A stretch of DNA of 64,000 nucleotides from the IMG/VR virus record IMGVR_UViG_3300023049_000005, positions 1 through 64,000 of that record; one strand, given 5' to 3'. The position numbers were made by a program, and so were the translations under genes. Positions 9,582 through 20,200 of this stretch are shown here, in pieces (within the stretch, counting starts at the first letter, position 1; each line of letters starts with the position of its first letter). The notes below the pieces were generated by a model. The model searched no databases and was not told the origin of the DNA. It saw only the letters and a list, made by a program, of their open reading frames with translations.

Positions 9582-10267
9582 TTAAATAGTAACTTTTTTA
9601 TCTCATCATTTTTAAGATACTTCTGTATCTGATGTACACCTAATGGGTCTTCGTAGAACATAGATTCTACTGCAAATCTCTTTTTAGTTTCTAATGGTAT
9701 GTCATCTTTGATAGCATTAGAGAAATACATATCTTCGAATTCGTAATCCTGTTCAATGTTCTCTATTATATCTACCATTTTACTTCTCTTCCTAAGAGAG
9801 AAACCGCCATTACCACCATTCTTAAAATCTTTTAGATCTTTATATCGTTTATCACGATAATCACCGTATGCCCAATACCAAGGTGCGCCTATATAATCAT
9901 AACTTAAAAATTCTTCTATACCACTTCTTAATACAAAGCTATCGTGTTGGAAAACTAAAATGTTTTCATATTCTATATCGTTCCAAAAGTGGATATCTTT
10001 AAATATTTTATTATAGTCTATGCTCTCAGGTATAATACTTTTTTCCACATCGTTTATACAATTCTTAGACACATGAGAACAGAAGTACCTTATAGGTAAA
10101 TTTAAATGATGTTTCACTGTGTCTGTAACCCAATCTAAATAATCGAGATTTCTCGTTTCTACGATGATAGCTAAACAGTTTAAATCAGAAGAATTAGGAT
10201 TATAATCCATTATAGGTTTATAGTCTGTTTCTTCTTTATATTTTTTTATCAAAGAATGATTAAACAT
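9578..10267 (-). CDS. DUF5672-like (glycosyltransferase-like) protein
   Basis: ILVFQHDS, YDYIGAPW, GGNGGFSLR, EDMYFS. Confidence 0.75.
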   Translation of the reverse strand: MFNHSLIKKYKEETDYKPIMDYNPNSSDLNCLAIIVETRNLDYLDWVTDTVKHHLNLPIRYFCSHVSKNCINDVEKSIIPESIDYNKIFKDIHFWNDIEYENILVFQHDSFVLRSGIEEFLSYDYIGAPWYWAYGDYRDKRYKDLKDFKNGGNGGFSLRKRSKMVDIIENIEQDYEFEDMYFSNAIKDDIPLETKKRFAVESMFYEDPLGVHQIQKYLKNDEIKKLLFK

Positions 10268-11010
10268 TATGGTATCATTAATTCTCTTTCAGTGTATTTG
10301 TGTATATTAGAAGATTTCTTAGTATTAGAAATAGCATATTTATATAAACTCTGTGGTTCTGCTTCCATTACCTTTTCTAAATGTTTACTACTTCTAGCTG
10401 AATCTTCATCTGAAATCTTTGGTTTATCAGTATCAAATACATATGTTTTAATTCCATTTACCTTACCTGATGAAATCAAGTTAGTGTTTTTCTTATCTTG
10501 TAATACATAAAGGTCTTCACTGAATACACTTTCGTCCCATGTTCCTACCTTATATAAATCATCGTATTTATAATAAACAATACCATGTGATGCCTTTTCT
10601 TCGCCTTTTAAATCCGCAGGTAGTTCTTTTTTATCAGTTTGTTGTTGATTTAAATAAACAACTTCGTCTTGTAGATATAAACAACCGTGATCTGTATTCT
10701 TTTGAATAACTGCCATAATTGTTTTGATGGTCGGCACAAGAGACATCTCACCAAAAAATAATTTATCAGTACTTGTGTTTCTCGTTCCTATATTATATAA
10801 CCAACCTAAGTTCCACTTTTTACTTTCTACGAAAACGTGTTTACATTTCATATCCTGATTCTTTAAGAAAGAGTGTTTTCCTGTTTCCACAACGATAATT
10901 TCTATCATTGGATTCTGTAATAATATATTGATATTATATTTAAGAGCATTTAAGTTCCTTCTACTATGTGAATAAGGAATTATATAACTGCATATGTAAC
11001 TAGTTTTCAT
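10267..11010 (-). CDS. divergent GT2/GT7-like glycosyltransferase homolog
   Basis: SYIIPY, EIIVVE, WNLGWLYNIG, VGTWDE; DxD motif not evident. Confidence 0.55.
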   Translation of the reverse strand: MKTSYICSYIIPYSHSRRNLNALKYNINILLQNPMIEIIVVETGKHSFLKNQDMKCKHVFVESKKWNLGWLYNIGTRNTSTDKLFFGEMSLVPTIKTIMAVIQKNTDHGCLYLQDEVVYLNQQQTDKKELPADLKGEEKASHGIVYYKYDDLYKVGTWDESVFSEDLYVLQDKKNTNLISSGKVNGIKTYVFDTDKPKISDEDSARSSKHLEKVMEAEPQSLYKYAISNTKKSSNIHKYTERELMIP

Positions 11011-11060
11011 AGAGTAATTTCTTTTTCTTTTATATAGTTTTTATACACTTTTGTTTAAAT

Positions 11061-11090
11061 AAAAAAAGTGCAGCACCTGCTGCACTTTTT
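11061..11090. terminator. intrinsic terminator after hsp20
   Basis: AAAAAGTGCAGCA-CC-TGCTGCACTTTTT hairpin with A/T tracts. Confidence 0.8.
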
Positions 11091-11111
11091 CAGATGAAAT
11101 TAAAGGAAAAT

Positions 11112-11492
11112 TTAGCTGACTGTAATTAATTTTTTATTTGAGACTTTTTCCCTTTTTGGTAAATTGATAGAAAGGATACCGTCTTCCATTTTACAACTAA
11201 TTTCATCCTGATTAATATCACCACTTAGACGCATTTGTTTTCTGAAGTCTTCGTAATACCAACTATTTTCTTCTTTTTCTTCATTTTCTGATATTATCTT
11301 TAAATATCCATCCTCTATTTCTATTTTGATATCTTCTTTCGATACACCTGCTAGTATCATTTCATATAAGTAATGGTCTTCGTTTTCAATAAAGTTTGTT
11401 TCTTTCTTAGGTATTTGTCCACCAAAGAAATCTCTTGTGAATGGCTCAAAGTCCATTAATTCATTTAATAAATCTTTTCTAATCGTTAACAT
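11112..11492 (-). CDS. Hsp20/alpha-crystallin small heat shock protein
   Basis: LAGVSKEDIKIEIEDGYLKI, F.K..RL, EISCKMEDGILSINLPK. Confidence 0.9.
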   Translation of the reverse strand: MLTIRKDLLNELMDFEPFTRDFFGGQIPKKETNFIENEDHYLYEMILAGVSKEDIKIEIEDGYLKIISENEEKEENSWYYEDFRKQMRLSGDINQDEISCKMEDGILSINLPKREKVSNKKLITVS

Positions 11493-11542
11493 AATTCTCA
11501 ATTATTTTTTTTTTCTGTTAATCACTTAACTACTTAATAGTA

Positions 11543-11583
11543 AGCAAATTAGATACCAATAGATATTAAGTGACATTATGGCA
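11543..11583 (-). promoter_or_regulatory. sigma54-type -24/-12 promoter with upstream TGNCA-N3-TGTCA box (hsp20)
   Basis: Minus strand TGCCATAATGTCA-N12-TGGTATCTAATTTGCT; same layout upstream of dnaK. Confidence 0.6.
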
Positions 11584-11682
11584 CTATGTCTGCAATATTT
11601 TCATGTAGATATAAATAATTAAATGAAATAACTCAAAACTTTATACTAATAAATCTATATAAAAGAAAATATAAACCAATTA

Positions 11683-12540
11683 ATGAAACCAATTTATAAA
11701 TGGACAGGTGGAAAAAGAAAAGAGATTGATATAATCAGAGAATACACACCACAATATATTAAAGAAGAAAAAGAATATACTTTCATAGAACCATTTTTTG
11801 GTGGCGGTGCTGTGTATTGGAATTTAGAAAACAATGATAATATCATAAATGATGTTGATACCGAAGTAATAAATTTTCTTAATACTATAAAATCTAATCC
11901 CAACGAAGTATCTAAAGTATTAGATCAGTTAAGTAAAGATATAGCAATCATAACAACAAGAGAAAAAAACGAAGAATTATCTATATCAGAAGCAAAAACC
12001 GAAAGAGGTAAATATTTCTATGAGTGGAGAAATAAAGATAGAGACGGTGGAATGACTAACTTATCTGAAATAGAACGTGCTATTCGATTTTATATAGTGA
12101 ATCAGTTATCATTTAATGGTATGAGAAGATTTAATAATAAGGGAGAATTCAATGTACCTTATGGTAATTATAAAACATTTAATAGACAATACACGGAAGA
12201 TCATATTTCTTTATTACATAATACTACAATAAACTGTGGTGATTATAGAGATATTATTAAAAAGACTGATAAAGATACTTTTGTGTTTATTGATCCTCCT
12301 TATACAAGAGAATTTAATGAATATAGCCACGGCAATTCTTTTGGCAATAAAGAACAAATGGAGCTTTGTGATTTATTCAAGAGTTCAGATTGTGATATAA
12401 TGATCGTAATCAATAAAGATGATTTCACGACTGAATTATATGACGGATATATTAAGGATGTATATGAATTAAAATACTCCACTAATATCAAGAATAGATT
12501 CTCGAATACAGTGGAGCATTTAATGATCACTAATTACTAA
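11683..12540 (+). CDS. Dam-like (D12 class) DNA adenine methyltransferase
   Basis: KWTGGK, FIEPFFGGGAV, FNVPYG, FIDPPY. Confidence 0.92.
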   Translation: MKPIYKWTGGKRKEIDIIREYTPQYIKEEKEYTFIEPFFGGGAVYWNLENNDNIINDVDTEVINFLNTIKSNPNEVSKVLDQLSKDIAIITTREKNEELSISEAKTERGKYFYEWRNKDRDGGMTNLSEIERAIRFYIVNQLSFNGMRRFNNKGEFNVPYGNYKTFNRQYTEDHISLLHNTTINCGDYRDIIKKTDKDTFVFIDPPYTREFNEYSHGNSFGNKEQMELCDLFKSSDCDIMIVINKDDFTTELYDGYIKDVYELKYSTNIKNRFSNTVEHLMITNY

Positions 12541-12549
12541 AAATTGGTA

Positions 12550-13533
12550 CTATTTCACTAGTTTGAATTTTTTGCCTTCCTTAGCAGCAACAGTATTATA
12601 AAATTCTAGTAGAGCTTTTACAATATGTTTTACTTTTTTACCATCAAGGAAATCTTTGCTTTCCAATTCGTTAATCACACTCTTTTTAGTAAGCATTTTT
12701 TCGAAAATTCTACGCTCATAATTTTCATATGAATAGAGGTTAACAACGGCTCTTTGGAAATATCTATTTCTAACTGTTTTTCCTGAGAGTTTTTTAGGTA
12801 AATCCATAAGCATCCAATCTAGAAAATCAATTACTTCCTTTTCAGATCTAACAAATCTTAGATCCCCGTTGTTAAAAGGTTTGTGTATAGTAGCTGCACT
12901 AAACGCCTTATGACCCGTGATGAGCATTCTGAGTTCATTGTGCTGAATACTCTTGTACTGTATAAGCTTTTTGTTATTATACCTGTCGTATATCTTTTTA
13001 TACTTAGTATAAGTATTACCTTTCTTAGTACCACTTTTCTCTTGTTGAACAAAGTGTTTTAAGTAGCCGTTCACATCCCAAGGTTTACCTTGTTGTATCG
13101 CAGCTAGATCAGCTTCTGTTACATTTTTACTAATGAAGAAATAAACAGGAAGTTCTAAGGCTGCTCTTGCTGCAAGTCTATGTTGTCCGTCCATCACACG
13201 CAAATCAGAATCCATCATAAAGGGAATATCTAAGTCTTTCCCATTATCGGAAATTTCTTTCTTCCACCATTCGATTTGTTTTCGATTCTTGTCACGGTTT
13301 GATTCGACTATACTAAACGAATCATAACTCTTTGTCTTGAAAATGATATTCTCAATTCCTACATCCATTCCCTTAGCTTTCATTTTAGCTAAAGTCTCTA
13401 GATATCCTGATTCTTCCATCTTAGTCAAGAACTGCGCAATAAGTTCATTCTTATACATTTCTACTGCAAGTGATTGGTTTCTACTCGTAGCCTTTTTTGC
13501 TACTTTTTTCTTTGGGGTTGCTATACTAGCCAT
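12550..13533 (-). CDS. ParB/Srx-like domain protein (paralog A)
   Basis: SNR..., IPFM...VMDGQHRLAA. Confidence 0.65.
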   Translation of the reverse strand: MASIATPKKKVAKKATSRNQSLAVEMYKNELIAQFLTKMEESGYLETLAKMKAKGMDVGIENIIFKTKSYDSFSIVESNRDKNRKQIEWWKKEISDNGKDLDIPFMMDSDLRVMDGQHRLAARAALELPVYFFISKNVTEADLAAIQQGKPWDVNGYLKHFVQQEKSGTKKGNTYTKYKKIYDRYNNKKLIQYKSIQHNELRMLITGHKAFSAATIHKPFNNGDLRFVRSEKEVIDFLDWMLMDLPKKLSGKTVRNRYFQRAVVNLYSYENYERRIFEKMLTKKSVINELESKDFLDGKKVKHIVKALLEFYNTVAAKEGKKFKLVK

Positions 13534-13554
13534 AATATACTTATTTAGGTTAAA

Positions 13555-14442
13555 TTATTTATTTTTACTAAGGATGTATTTCTTTCCTTTCTTTTTCGCT
13601 ACTTCGTTATAGAAGTCCAATACTTTTGTTACTTTATCTTCTGCTTTTGCTTTCTTGATAAAATCAAATTCTTCTAAACTATTTGCGTATTTCTTTATCG
13701 AAATCATTTTCTCGAAGATATCTTTATCAAAATTATCATATGAGTATAAATTAACGACTGCTCTTTGGAAGTATCTATCCCTTACTAAATCACCTTTTAA
13801 TTTAGTTGGTATAAAATAGAACATCCACTCCAAAAACTGATTCACTTCCTCGTATGATCTGACGAATTTCATATCACCTCTCTCAAACGGAGCTTTGATA
13901 CTCTTGCTACTAAATGCAGCATGTCCCATCACAATCATTCTAAGTTCGTTGTGGTTGATCCACCTCTTTGCCTTTTGATTAAACTTATCATAGATTACCT
14001 TATATTTTTTATATGCGGTATTTCCTTTTTTGGTGAAATACTTCAGGTAATCTTTAATTGTCCATTTGTTCCCTTTCTGTAGATCAGCAATATGCTCTTT
14101 TTTGATATTTCTGCTGATATAAAACAAAATAGGTAAACCTAATTTTTTTCTACCACCAAATCTATGTTGTCCCTCAAGTATATTCATGTTTTCGTCAACA
14201 ATAATTGGGATGTCTAAATCCTTTTTCTTTTCCCCTATTTCTACGACCCACCTTTCTACTGCTTTCGTATCGATATCTCTGTTTTCGGGAAGAAAACTAA
14301 AAGCATCATAATTGAAAGTCTGAAAATGAAAGTTATTAATTTTCATATCAGGTGTTTTACTGAGTACGTCAATTAAAAATTCGTCATTGATATTTATTGA
14401 AAATGACTTTTGTTCTTTTGTTGCTATTTTTTGTTTACACAT
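13555..14442 (-). CDS. ParB/Srx-like domain protein (paralog B)
   Basis: ENRDID, IPIIVD..ILEGQHR; shares HNELRM, FVRS, RYFQRAVVNLYSY with paralog A. Confidence 0.65.
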   Translation of the reverse strand: MCKQKIATKEQKSFSININDEFLIDVLSKTPDMKINNFHFQTFNYDAFSFLPENRDIDTKAVERWVVEIGEKKKDLDIPIIVDENMNILEGQHRFGGRKKLGLPILFYISRNIKKEHIADLQKGNKWTIKDYLKYFTKKGNTAYKKYKVIYDKFNQKAKRWINHNELRMIVMGHAAFSSKSIKAPFERGDMKFVRSYEEVNQFLEWMFYFIPTKLKGDLVRDRYFQRAVVNLYSYDNFDKDIFEKMISIKKYANSLEEFDFIKKAKAEDKVTKVLDFYNEVAKKKGKKYILSKNK

Positions 14443-14492
14443 GGTGTTATATTTATGTTTAAAATTAGATTAGATTACAAATATATTAAAAA

Positions 14493-15140
14493 TTATTTGA
14501 TGTTGTATTTTTTGAAAATTTTATTTAAAATAATTTCCAATTCGATATTAGTGTTTACCCAAGACATGATGCTACTATAATTTAGACCAATTCTTTTTGA
14601 GAAATCAAGACCGCCCACTATCTCTAGGTTAGTGTTTCTTTTTTGGTTCAGGTTTAATTTACAAGAACCCTTTGCTTTACCACTAGTAGTTTCTAATGAA
14701 ACTATCATGGCTTTGGATTTAAAAGGTAAGTTAGTTTGTATTTTTAACATTTCCGTTAATTTATGATAAATACCATAAATATTTGTAGTATCTATGTTAC
14801 TAATATCCTTTCTCAGTTCAACGAAATATACTATATCCCTTTCTATAAAAATAGCATTACATATCTTCCTACTACCGTCATTTAAAAACACATCTACTTT
14901 ACTTTGGAAAAGGTTTTTACCATCACGATCAATATAAGGAAAGGAATTTTTAATTTGAGTTAACGAAGTAGAATTATCCTGTATAATAAGTTTAGTATTT
15001 TTACTTTGATTATCTTCGATTTGATTATATAAATAATGTTCAAATCGATATCCCTTATTTATGTTATTTTTATGACACTCGGTATGTATTTCTTCCGTTA
15101 ATTCAAGTATGTCTTCTTTGATAATAGTATATTTATCCAT
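14493..15140 (-). CDS. hypothetical protein, possible PD-(D/E)xK nuclease-like
   Basis: FEHYL..., VDVF..., YFVELR; weak pattern only. Confidence 0.5.
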   Translation of the reverse strand: MDKYTIIKEDILELTEEIHTECHKNNINKGYRFEHYLYNQIEDNQSKNTKLIIQDNSTSLTQIKNSFPYIDRDGKNLFQSKVDVFLNDGSRKICNAIFIERDIVYFVELRKDISNIDTTNIYGIYHKLTEMLKIQTNLPFKSKAMIVSLETTSGKAKGSCKLNLNQKRNTNLEIVGGLDFSKRIGLNYSSIMSWVNTNIELEIILNKIFKKYNIK

Positions 15141-15212
15141 ATTTTTATAAATTCAATTTCGACAAATGTAATAATAATTTTTACAATATTCCATAAAAAT
15201 AAAAAAAAGTTG

Positions 15213-15220
15213 TATATTTG
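15213..15220 (+). promoter_or_regulatory. Bacteroidota-type sigma70 -7 element TAnnTTTG (representative of 11 copies)
   Basis: TATATTTG 4 nt before ATG 15225; recurs before other operon-leading genes. Confidence 0.7.
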
Positions 15221-15224
15221 TCAT

Positions 15225-15812
15225 ATGAAATTAGACATAGGTAAGACATACGTAGCTTTTCGGATAAAAAAAGATAAACCATTGGCGTTCGGTTTTTATA
15301 TTAAACCTGCTTATTATAGTGAATGGGAGAAGGGAGAAGAATGGATAAGTTTTATAGAAACTAATATATTAGATAATATCAAAGATATTAAAGTGGATGT
15401 TCAAGAAGATTATCTAATTAAACAAATCCGAAGTAGGACTACGGGTGAATATGTAATGGATTATAAAGATCTTGATAAAAAATTAGAAAATAAAATAGGT
15501 GACCTATTTTATTCATTTAGAGAACAACTTGATCTTGATTTTAATGGTGATGAGACTTTGTTTTTTAGATATAAAGGTTGGAATGTAGAATATCATACAC
15601 CTAAAGAATATATATCTAATTTCTATAAAGGTGATTATTTTGATAATAATTTTTTCTGTATTCCGTTAGATGTTGCTAAAAAAGACTATCCTTTTATGTT
15701 TATTTCTGATTATAATTCATCGGAAGAAGGGGCGTTACCATTTTTAAATGAAAACAATAGGAAGTTTATAGTAAGAGATTATAAGATTAAACAAGTATTA
15801 GACCTCTGTTAA
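15225..15812 (+). CDS. hypothetical protein with C-terminal RDxxI tag
   Basis: Ends RDYKIKQVLDLC; the track TTG start is upstream of the promoter box. Confidence 0.75.
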   Translation: MKLDIGKTYVAFRIKKDKPLAFGFYIKPAYYSEWEKGEEWISFIETNILDNIKDIKVDVQEDYLIKQIRSRTTGEYVMDYKDLDKKLENKIGDLFYSFREQLDLDFNGDETLFFRYKGWNVEYHTPKEYISNFYKGDYFDNNFFCIPLDVAKKDYPFMFISDYNSSEEGALPFLNENNRKFIVRDYKIKQVLDLC

Positions 15813-15814
15813 TA

Positions 15815-16276
15815 TTAAATGACCCTTAACCGAGTAGTATCTACCCATATAGAGTAATATAACTTACCTGTTTCTATGTTATGTGATACGTTAGTCACCA
15901 AGAAAACCTCATAAGAAACTTCATCGAACGTAAAATTTACTTTTATATTCTCTTTATCTACCTTTTCTACATGTGTTATAACTTCATCATTTAAGTTAGT
16001 AATGAATAGTTCTAAATCATCAGTAATTTTATTCACATTACTCATAGGGTAGTAATATATATCTGATAAACCATCTGATAATGATAAAGCTGAACTCATG
16101 GTTGAACTCATGGTTGAACTCATGGTTGAACTCATGGTTGAACTCAACGTAATGCCTATAGATTCCGTACTTAATGTTAAACTACTATTTGTAGTTTGTA
16201 TTATATTTAGGAACTCAGTACGTATAATGAAGAATCTTTCTTCGACACCTGCTATTACATCTACATTAACACTCAT
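15815..16276 (-). CDS. hypothetical protein with (SSTM)4 repeat
   Basis: 153 aa ORF. Confidence 0.7.
   Translation of the reverse strand: MSVNVDVIAGVEERFFIIRTEFLNIIQTTNSSLTLSTESIGITLSSTMSSTMSSTMSSTMSSALSLSDGLSDIYYYPMSNVNKITDDLELFITNLNDEVITHVEKVDKENIKVNFTFDEVSYEVFLVTNVSHNIETGKLYYSIWVDTTRLRVI
16091..16146. repeat. 12-bp tandem repeat TGAACTCATGGT x4 plus partial
   Basis: Directly visible; in frame, encodes SSTM. Confidence 0.95.
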
Positions 16277-16542
16277 TATTTAACTTTTATATTTATATTT
16301 ATATTAGCTTCCACTTCTACTTCCATATTATTATCTAATTCACTTATAGTAGATCTGAAATTTTTTAATTCTTCTCTTAATTCTTCTATTCTTTTATCAC
16401 ACCCTTTATCGTCACCAAAACGTTCTTGGTTTGAAAATGATTTTGATGATAGTGATTTAATTTTACTTCGGAAAAGATCTGAAATTATTTCTAAAGCGTC
16501 TTCTTTATTATAAGTGTTTTTAACTATACTGAAATCTTTCAT
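16276..16542 (-). CDS. hypothetical protein (coiled coil)
   Basis: 88 aa, tightly packed in operon. Confidence 0.7.
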   Translation of the reverse strand: MKDFSIVKNTYNKEDALEIISDLFRSKIKSLSSKSFSNQERFGDDKGCDKRIEELREELKNFRSTISELDNNMEVEVEANININIKVK

Positions 16543-16543
16543 A

Positions 16544-16759
16544 TTATTTATCTAATCTTCTTTCTATTTCTGTCTCTAATTCACTTAATGAATAGTTACT
16601 AGTATTTAATTTTTCTCCATATGGTGAATAATGATCATCTCTTACTGCATTCTCATAGAAATCTAAAAGTGATTGAGTTGACATATCTTCTAATTTACTT
16701 TCCTGATCAGGATTATATCTTTCGTTAAACTTGTCTATCTTCTTCATCTTATTTTTCAC
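16544..16759 (-). CDS. small protein with capsid-targeting-like motif
   Basis: MKKIDKFNER near the N-terminus. Confidence 0.65.
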   Translation of the reverse strand: MKNKMKKIDKFNERYNPDQESKLEDMSTQSLLDFYENAVRDDHYSPYGEKLNTSNYSLSELETEIERRLDK

Positions 16760-17174
16760 ATAGTTTTTTTAAATCTTCATACCAATTGTTGTATTCGATT
16801 TTAACATCTTTATCACCATCAAAGTATTCAACACCTTCGATTAAAACACCTTGTACAGTATTCTCTAAGTCGTGTTCCCATAGATCTGCTTGACAACTAT
16901 CCATTTTATCAACTATCTTTTGTAATTCTTCATTATCTTTAGTTAATTCAGTTAAGTCTTCTGACCAACCGTTGTATATTACACTACCTTCTTGACCGCT
17001 ATTTGCGTCTTCTACTGCGATAAATTCATGGGATTCATTTAAATCATCATCTGATCCTAACCAACCTGATGTAAGGTTATCATCTATCTTATCACATAAT
17101 TCTTTTACGTTAGTAGCTGCTTTGAACTCTGTTTTAGTACTTTCGTTAAATTGCTCAAATCTTTTAATCTTCAT
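16749..17174 (-). CDS. acidic protein with capsid-targeting-like motif
   Basis: Starts MKIKRFEQFNES. Confidence 0.75.
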   Translation of the reverse strand: MKIKRFEQFNESTKTEFKAATNVKELCDKIDDNLTSGWLGSDDDLNESHEFIAVEDANSGQEGSVIYNGWSEDLTELTKDNEELQKIVDKMDSCQADLWEHDLENTVQGVLIEGVEYFDGDKDVKIEYNNWYEDLKKLCEK

Positions 17175-17208
17175 GACATTATTTTATTTTCTTTATATAT
17201 TAAAAATA

Positions 17209-20200
17209 TTATAGGAAACTTTTAAGGTCTTTCAAATCATCTGACCAAAGATCTTTTGGTGATTTCTTTTTCAATGCATTATATTCAGCTTTCTTATTCT
17301 TTAATTTCTCTGAAAGTTCATCTACTTTCTCTTTAGTTAAACTATAAATAGGCATACCTAATAGGTAGTCATATGAATCATTATATAGATCAAATTTATT
17401 CTTCTTTAAATCTTTAATAATGATATCTTTCTTTCTATTATTCACTTTAAGCTCATCTTTGATAACCATCTTAATAAATCTAACCTGATTATCTAATTTA
17501 GTTTTCTCGACGTTTAATACATCTAATAGACTTTTCTTTCTCTTAGTATAATCATCTAATCTCTTATCATAAAATACATCAATGATTTCTTCTACTTGGT
17601 CAAATTTTCTGATATTACCATCTACAAATAAGTGCATATTAGAAGTATATAATCTAGAAGATAATTTGAATTTATCAATTAGTTTCTCCTTTTTAGAAAC
17701 CTTCATCATATTCTCTCTACTTATTGTAATAGTAATATCTACTTCTTGCTCGGTACTATTATCTAAAAATTCTTTGATGAATTTAGCTTCAATTAACTTA
17801 TGTAAATGCTCAGTGAAGTTATGTGTCCAATATCCAATAGGTAACTCTGTTATTCTAACAGTAGTAGTGTTAACTATATCTACATTACCGTAAGTAATAT
17901 ATCCATTGTCAGTTTCTTCAATAGATCCTTTAAACCCGTTATAATGTGGATGGATTCTATGTGATTTCTTACCACTCATTTTATTCTCTATTACTCTAAT
18001 CAAATCATTAGGATTATATTTAGGAATATATGTTGACCAACCTGTGCCAATACCTTCTGCGCCATTCACTAACACCATTGGTATAATAGGCTTGAAATGC
18101 TTAGGTTCGATGACTACACCATCTTCTTGTAAATATTCTAAGATATCTTCATCTCTTTTATCAAATATAGTTTTAGTAGCATCACTTAAAAATGTATTAA
18201 TATATCTTGAACTCGCAGCATCTTTACCACCTTGTAAACGTGTACCAAAGTTTCCATTAGGTACAAGTAAAGGAATGTTATTCGATCCCACAAAATCTTG
18301 TGCTAGGTTTACAATACCCATTTCAAGAGACTGTTCACCATGATGGTATTTTTGTGTCTCTTTAACTGATCCACCAAGAGATGATACAGGAGTATCTTTA
18401 ATAATATTCCTCTTTATTACTGTATTCATAATCTTTCTATGAGATGGTTTTAATCCATCATATAGATCAGGAATAGATCTGATGTTATCTTCTAATGAGA
18501 AACCAATCATTTCATTATTAATAAAACTAGATATAGGTGTTGGAGTTTTATATTTAACCACATCTTTAACATTATTCTTAATCATCCAATCTTTTCTTTC
18601 ATCACTTCTAGATTTATTAAATACTAAATCAATATAATCATGATTCTTGTCTGTATCCCAATTAAACGGAAGAAGGTGATTATTAAGGTCAGAAAAATAC
18701 TCTTTAGCTTCCTTAGCCGTAGAAGTACCCAATCCTTTATAATACTTAACACTCCATCCCTTAACATCAGTGGCTAACCATTTCTGATATTCTTTTATAG
18801 TATAGAAACTTTTCACTTGTTTTGCTTTTCTTACTTTAAGAATAGGAGTAATGAATTCATATAAGATGTCCAATTTTAACAGTTCGGGCCAATTATCCTC
18901 AAAAAAGTTAATCAACAGCCCTTTAATATGGATACCATCCAAATCTGAATCTGTTAGAATGATTATCTTCCCATATCTCAAATCTGATGTATCTTCATAT
19001 TTCTTACCGAACTGAAGTCCAACGATATCTAATAAACTTTGGATCTCTTTATTTCTTTTAATCTTCTGTGCAGACGTATCTCTCGTATTAAGTATCTTTC
19101 CTTTAAGTGGGAAAGCACCATAATAATCTCTACCTACAATTGACATACCTGCTACAGCAAAACCTAATGCTGAATCTCCTTCTGTTAATAATAAAGAACA
19201 TTTATCACTTTCTCTTGTACCCGCTTTATTAGCATCAACGAGCTTAGGCATATTCACATTAGATTTTTTACCACCGCCCATTTTCTTCAATTGAAGCTTT
19301 TCTCTCATCTCCATTTCTTCTATGATAGCCTGATATATATCAGACTTCATTACCTTACGGATAGTGTTATCTTTAACCTCAACATTCTGATGAATATCAA
19401 CAGTCATTTTATTTGTTAAATTCTCTTTAGTCTGTGTATCAAAAGTTGGATTAGGTATTTTACATACTAAAAATATATGTAGTTTATTCTTTACGTCTTG
19501 CCAACTAACTTTCTTCTTAATCTTACCTGCAATTTGTTTAGCTAAATTAAGTGACACATGATTAATATGTGTACCACCTCTATGTGTAGTAATACCATTA
19601 CAAATAGAATTAAATACAAAACCGTGTTCATTAGATTTAGCAATTCCTATTTCCCAACCATTATCCATTTGTTCATAGAAAAAGTCTTGTCCTTCCTCTA
19701 AGTGTAATTTCATATAATCACTTAATCTCTTAATAGGTAATGTTTTACCATCTAAGCTGATTCTAACATCAGGTATATAAGCAGCTACATCTAAACATCT
19801 TTTATACATAATCGATTTTAAATCCTCTGTTAAAGAATCAAAATCAAATTGTGAATAATCAGGATAATATGTAATACGTGTGAAACTTTTGGTGTCCTTA
19901 ACATTGGTGATCTCAGGTTCTTCGATATCTTTCATGTTGTTCTTACTCCATTGACGGTACATCTTTTTACCATCACAACACTCTACTTTGAATTTCTTTG
20001 AGAATACGTTACAAAGTTTAGCACCAAGACCATTACGCCCACCCGTTAATCTTTTTTCAGTATCATCATAATTCTCTCCTGTTAATAAATGACTAAATAT
20101 TAATTCAGGATTATATACTTTTTCTTTACTGTGTTTTTCTATCGGAATGGTCGGTCCGTCATTCTCTATTACAATCTTCTTATCATCAATAATAACTTTG

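Noticed and set aside
16091-16146. CRISPR-like repeat
   Set aside because: Contiguous 12-bp units with no spacers, inside a CDS
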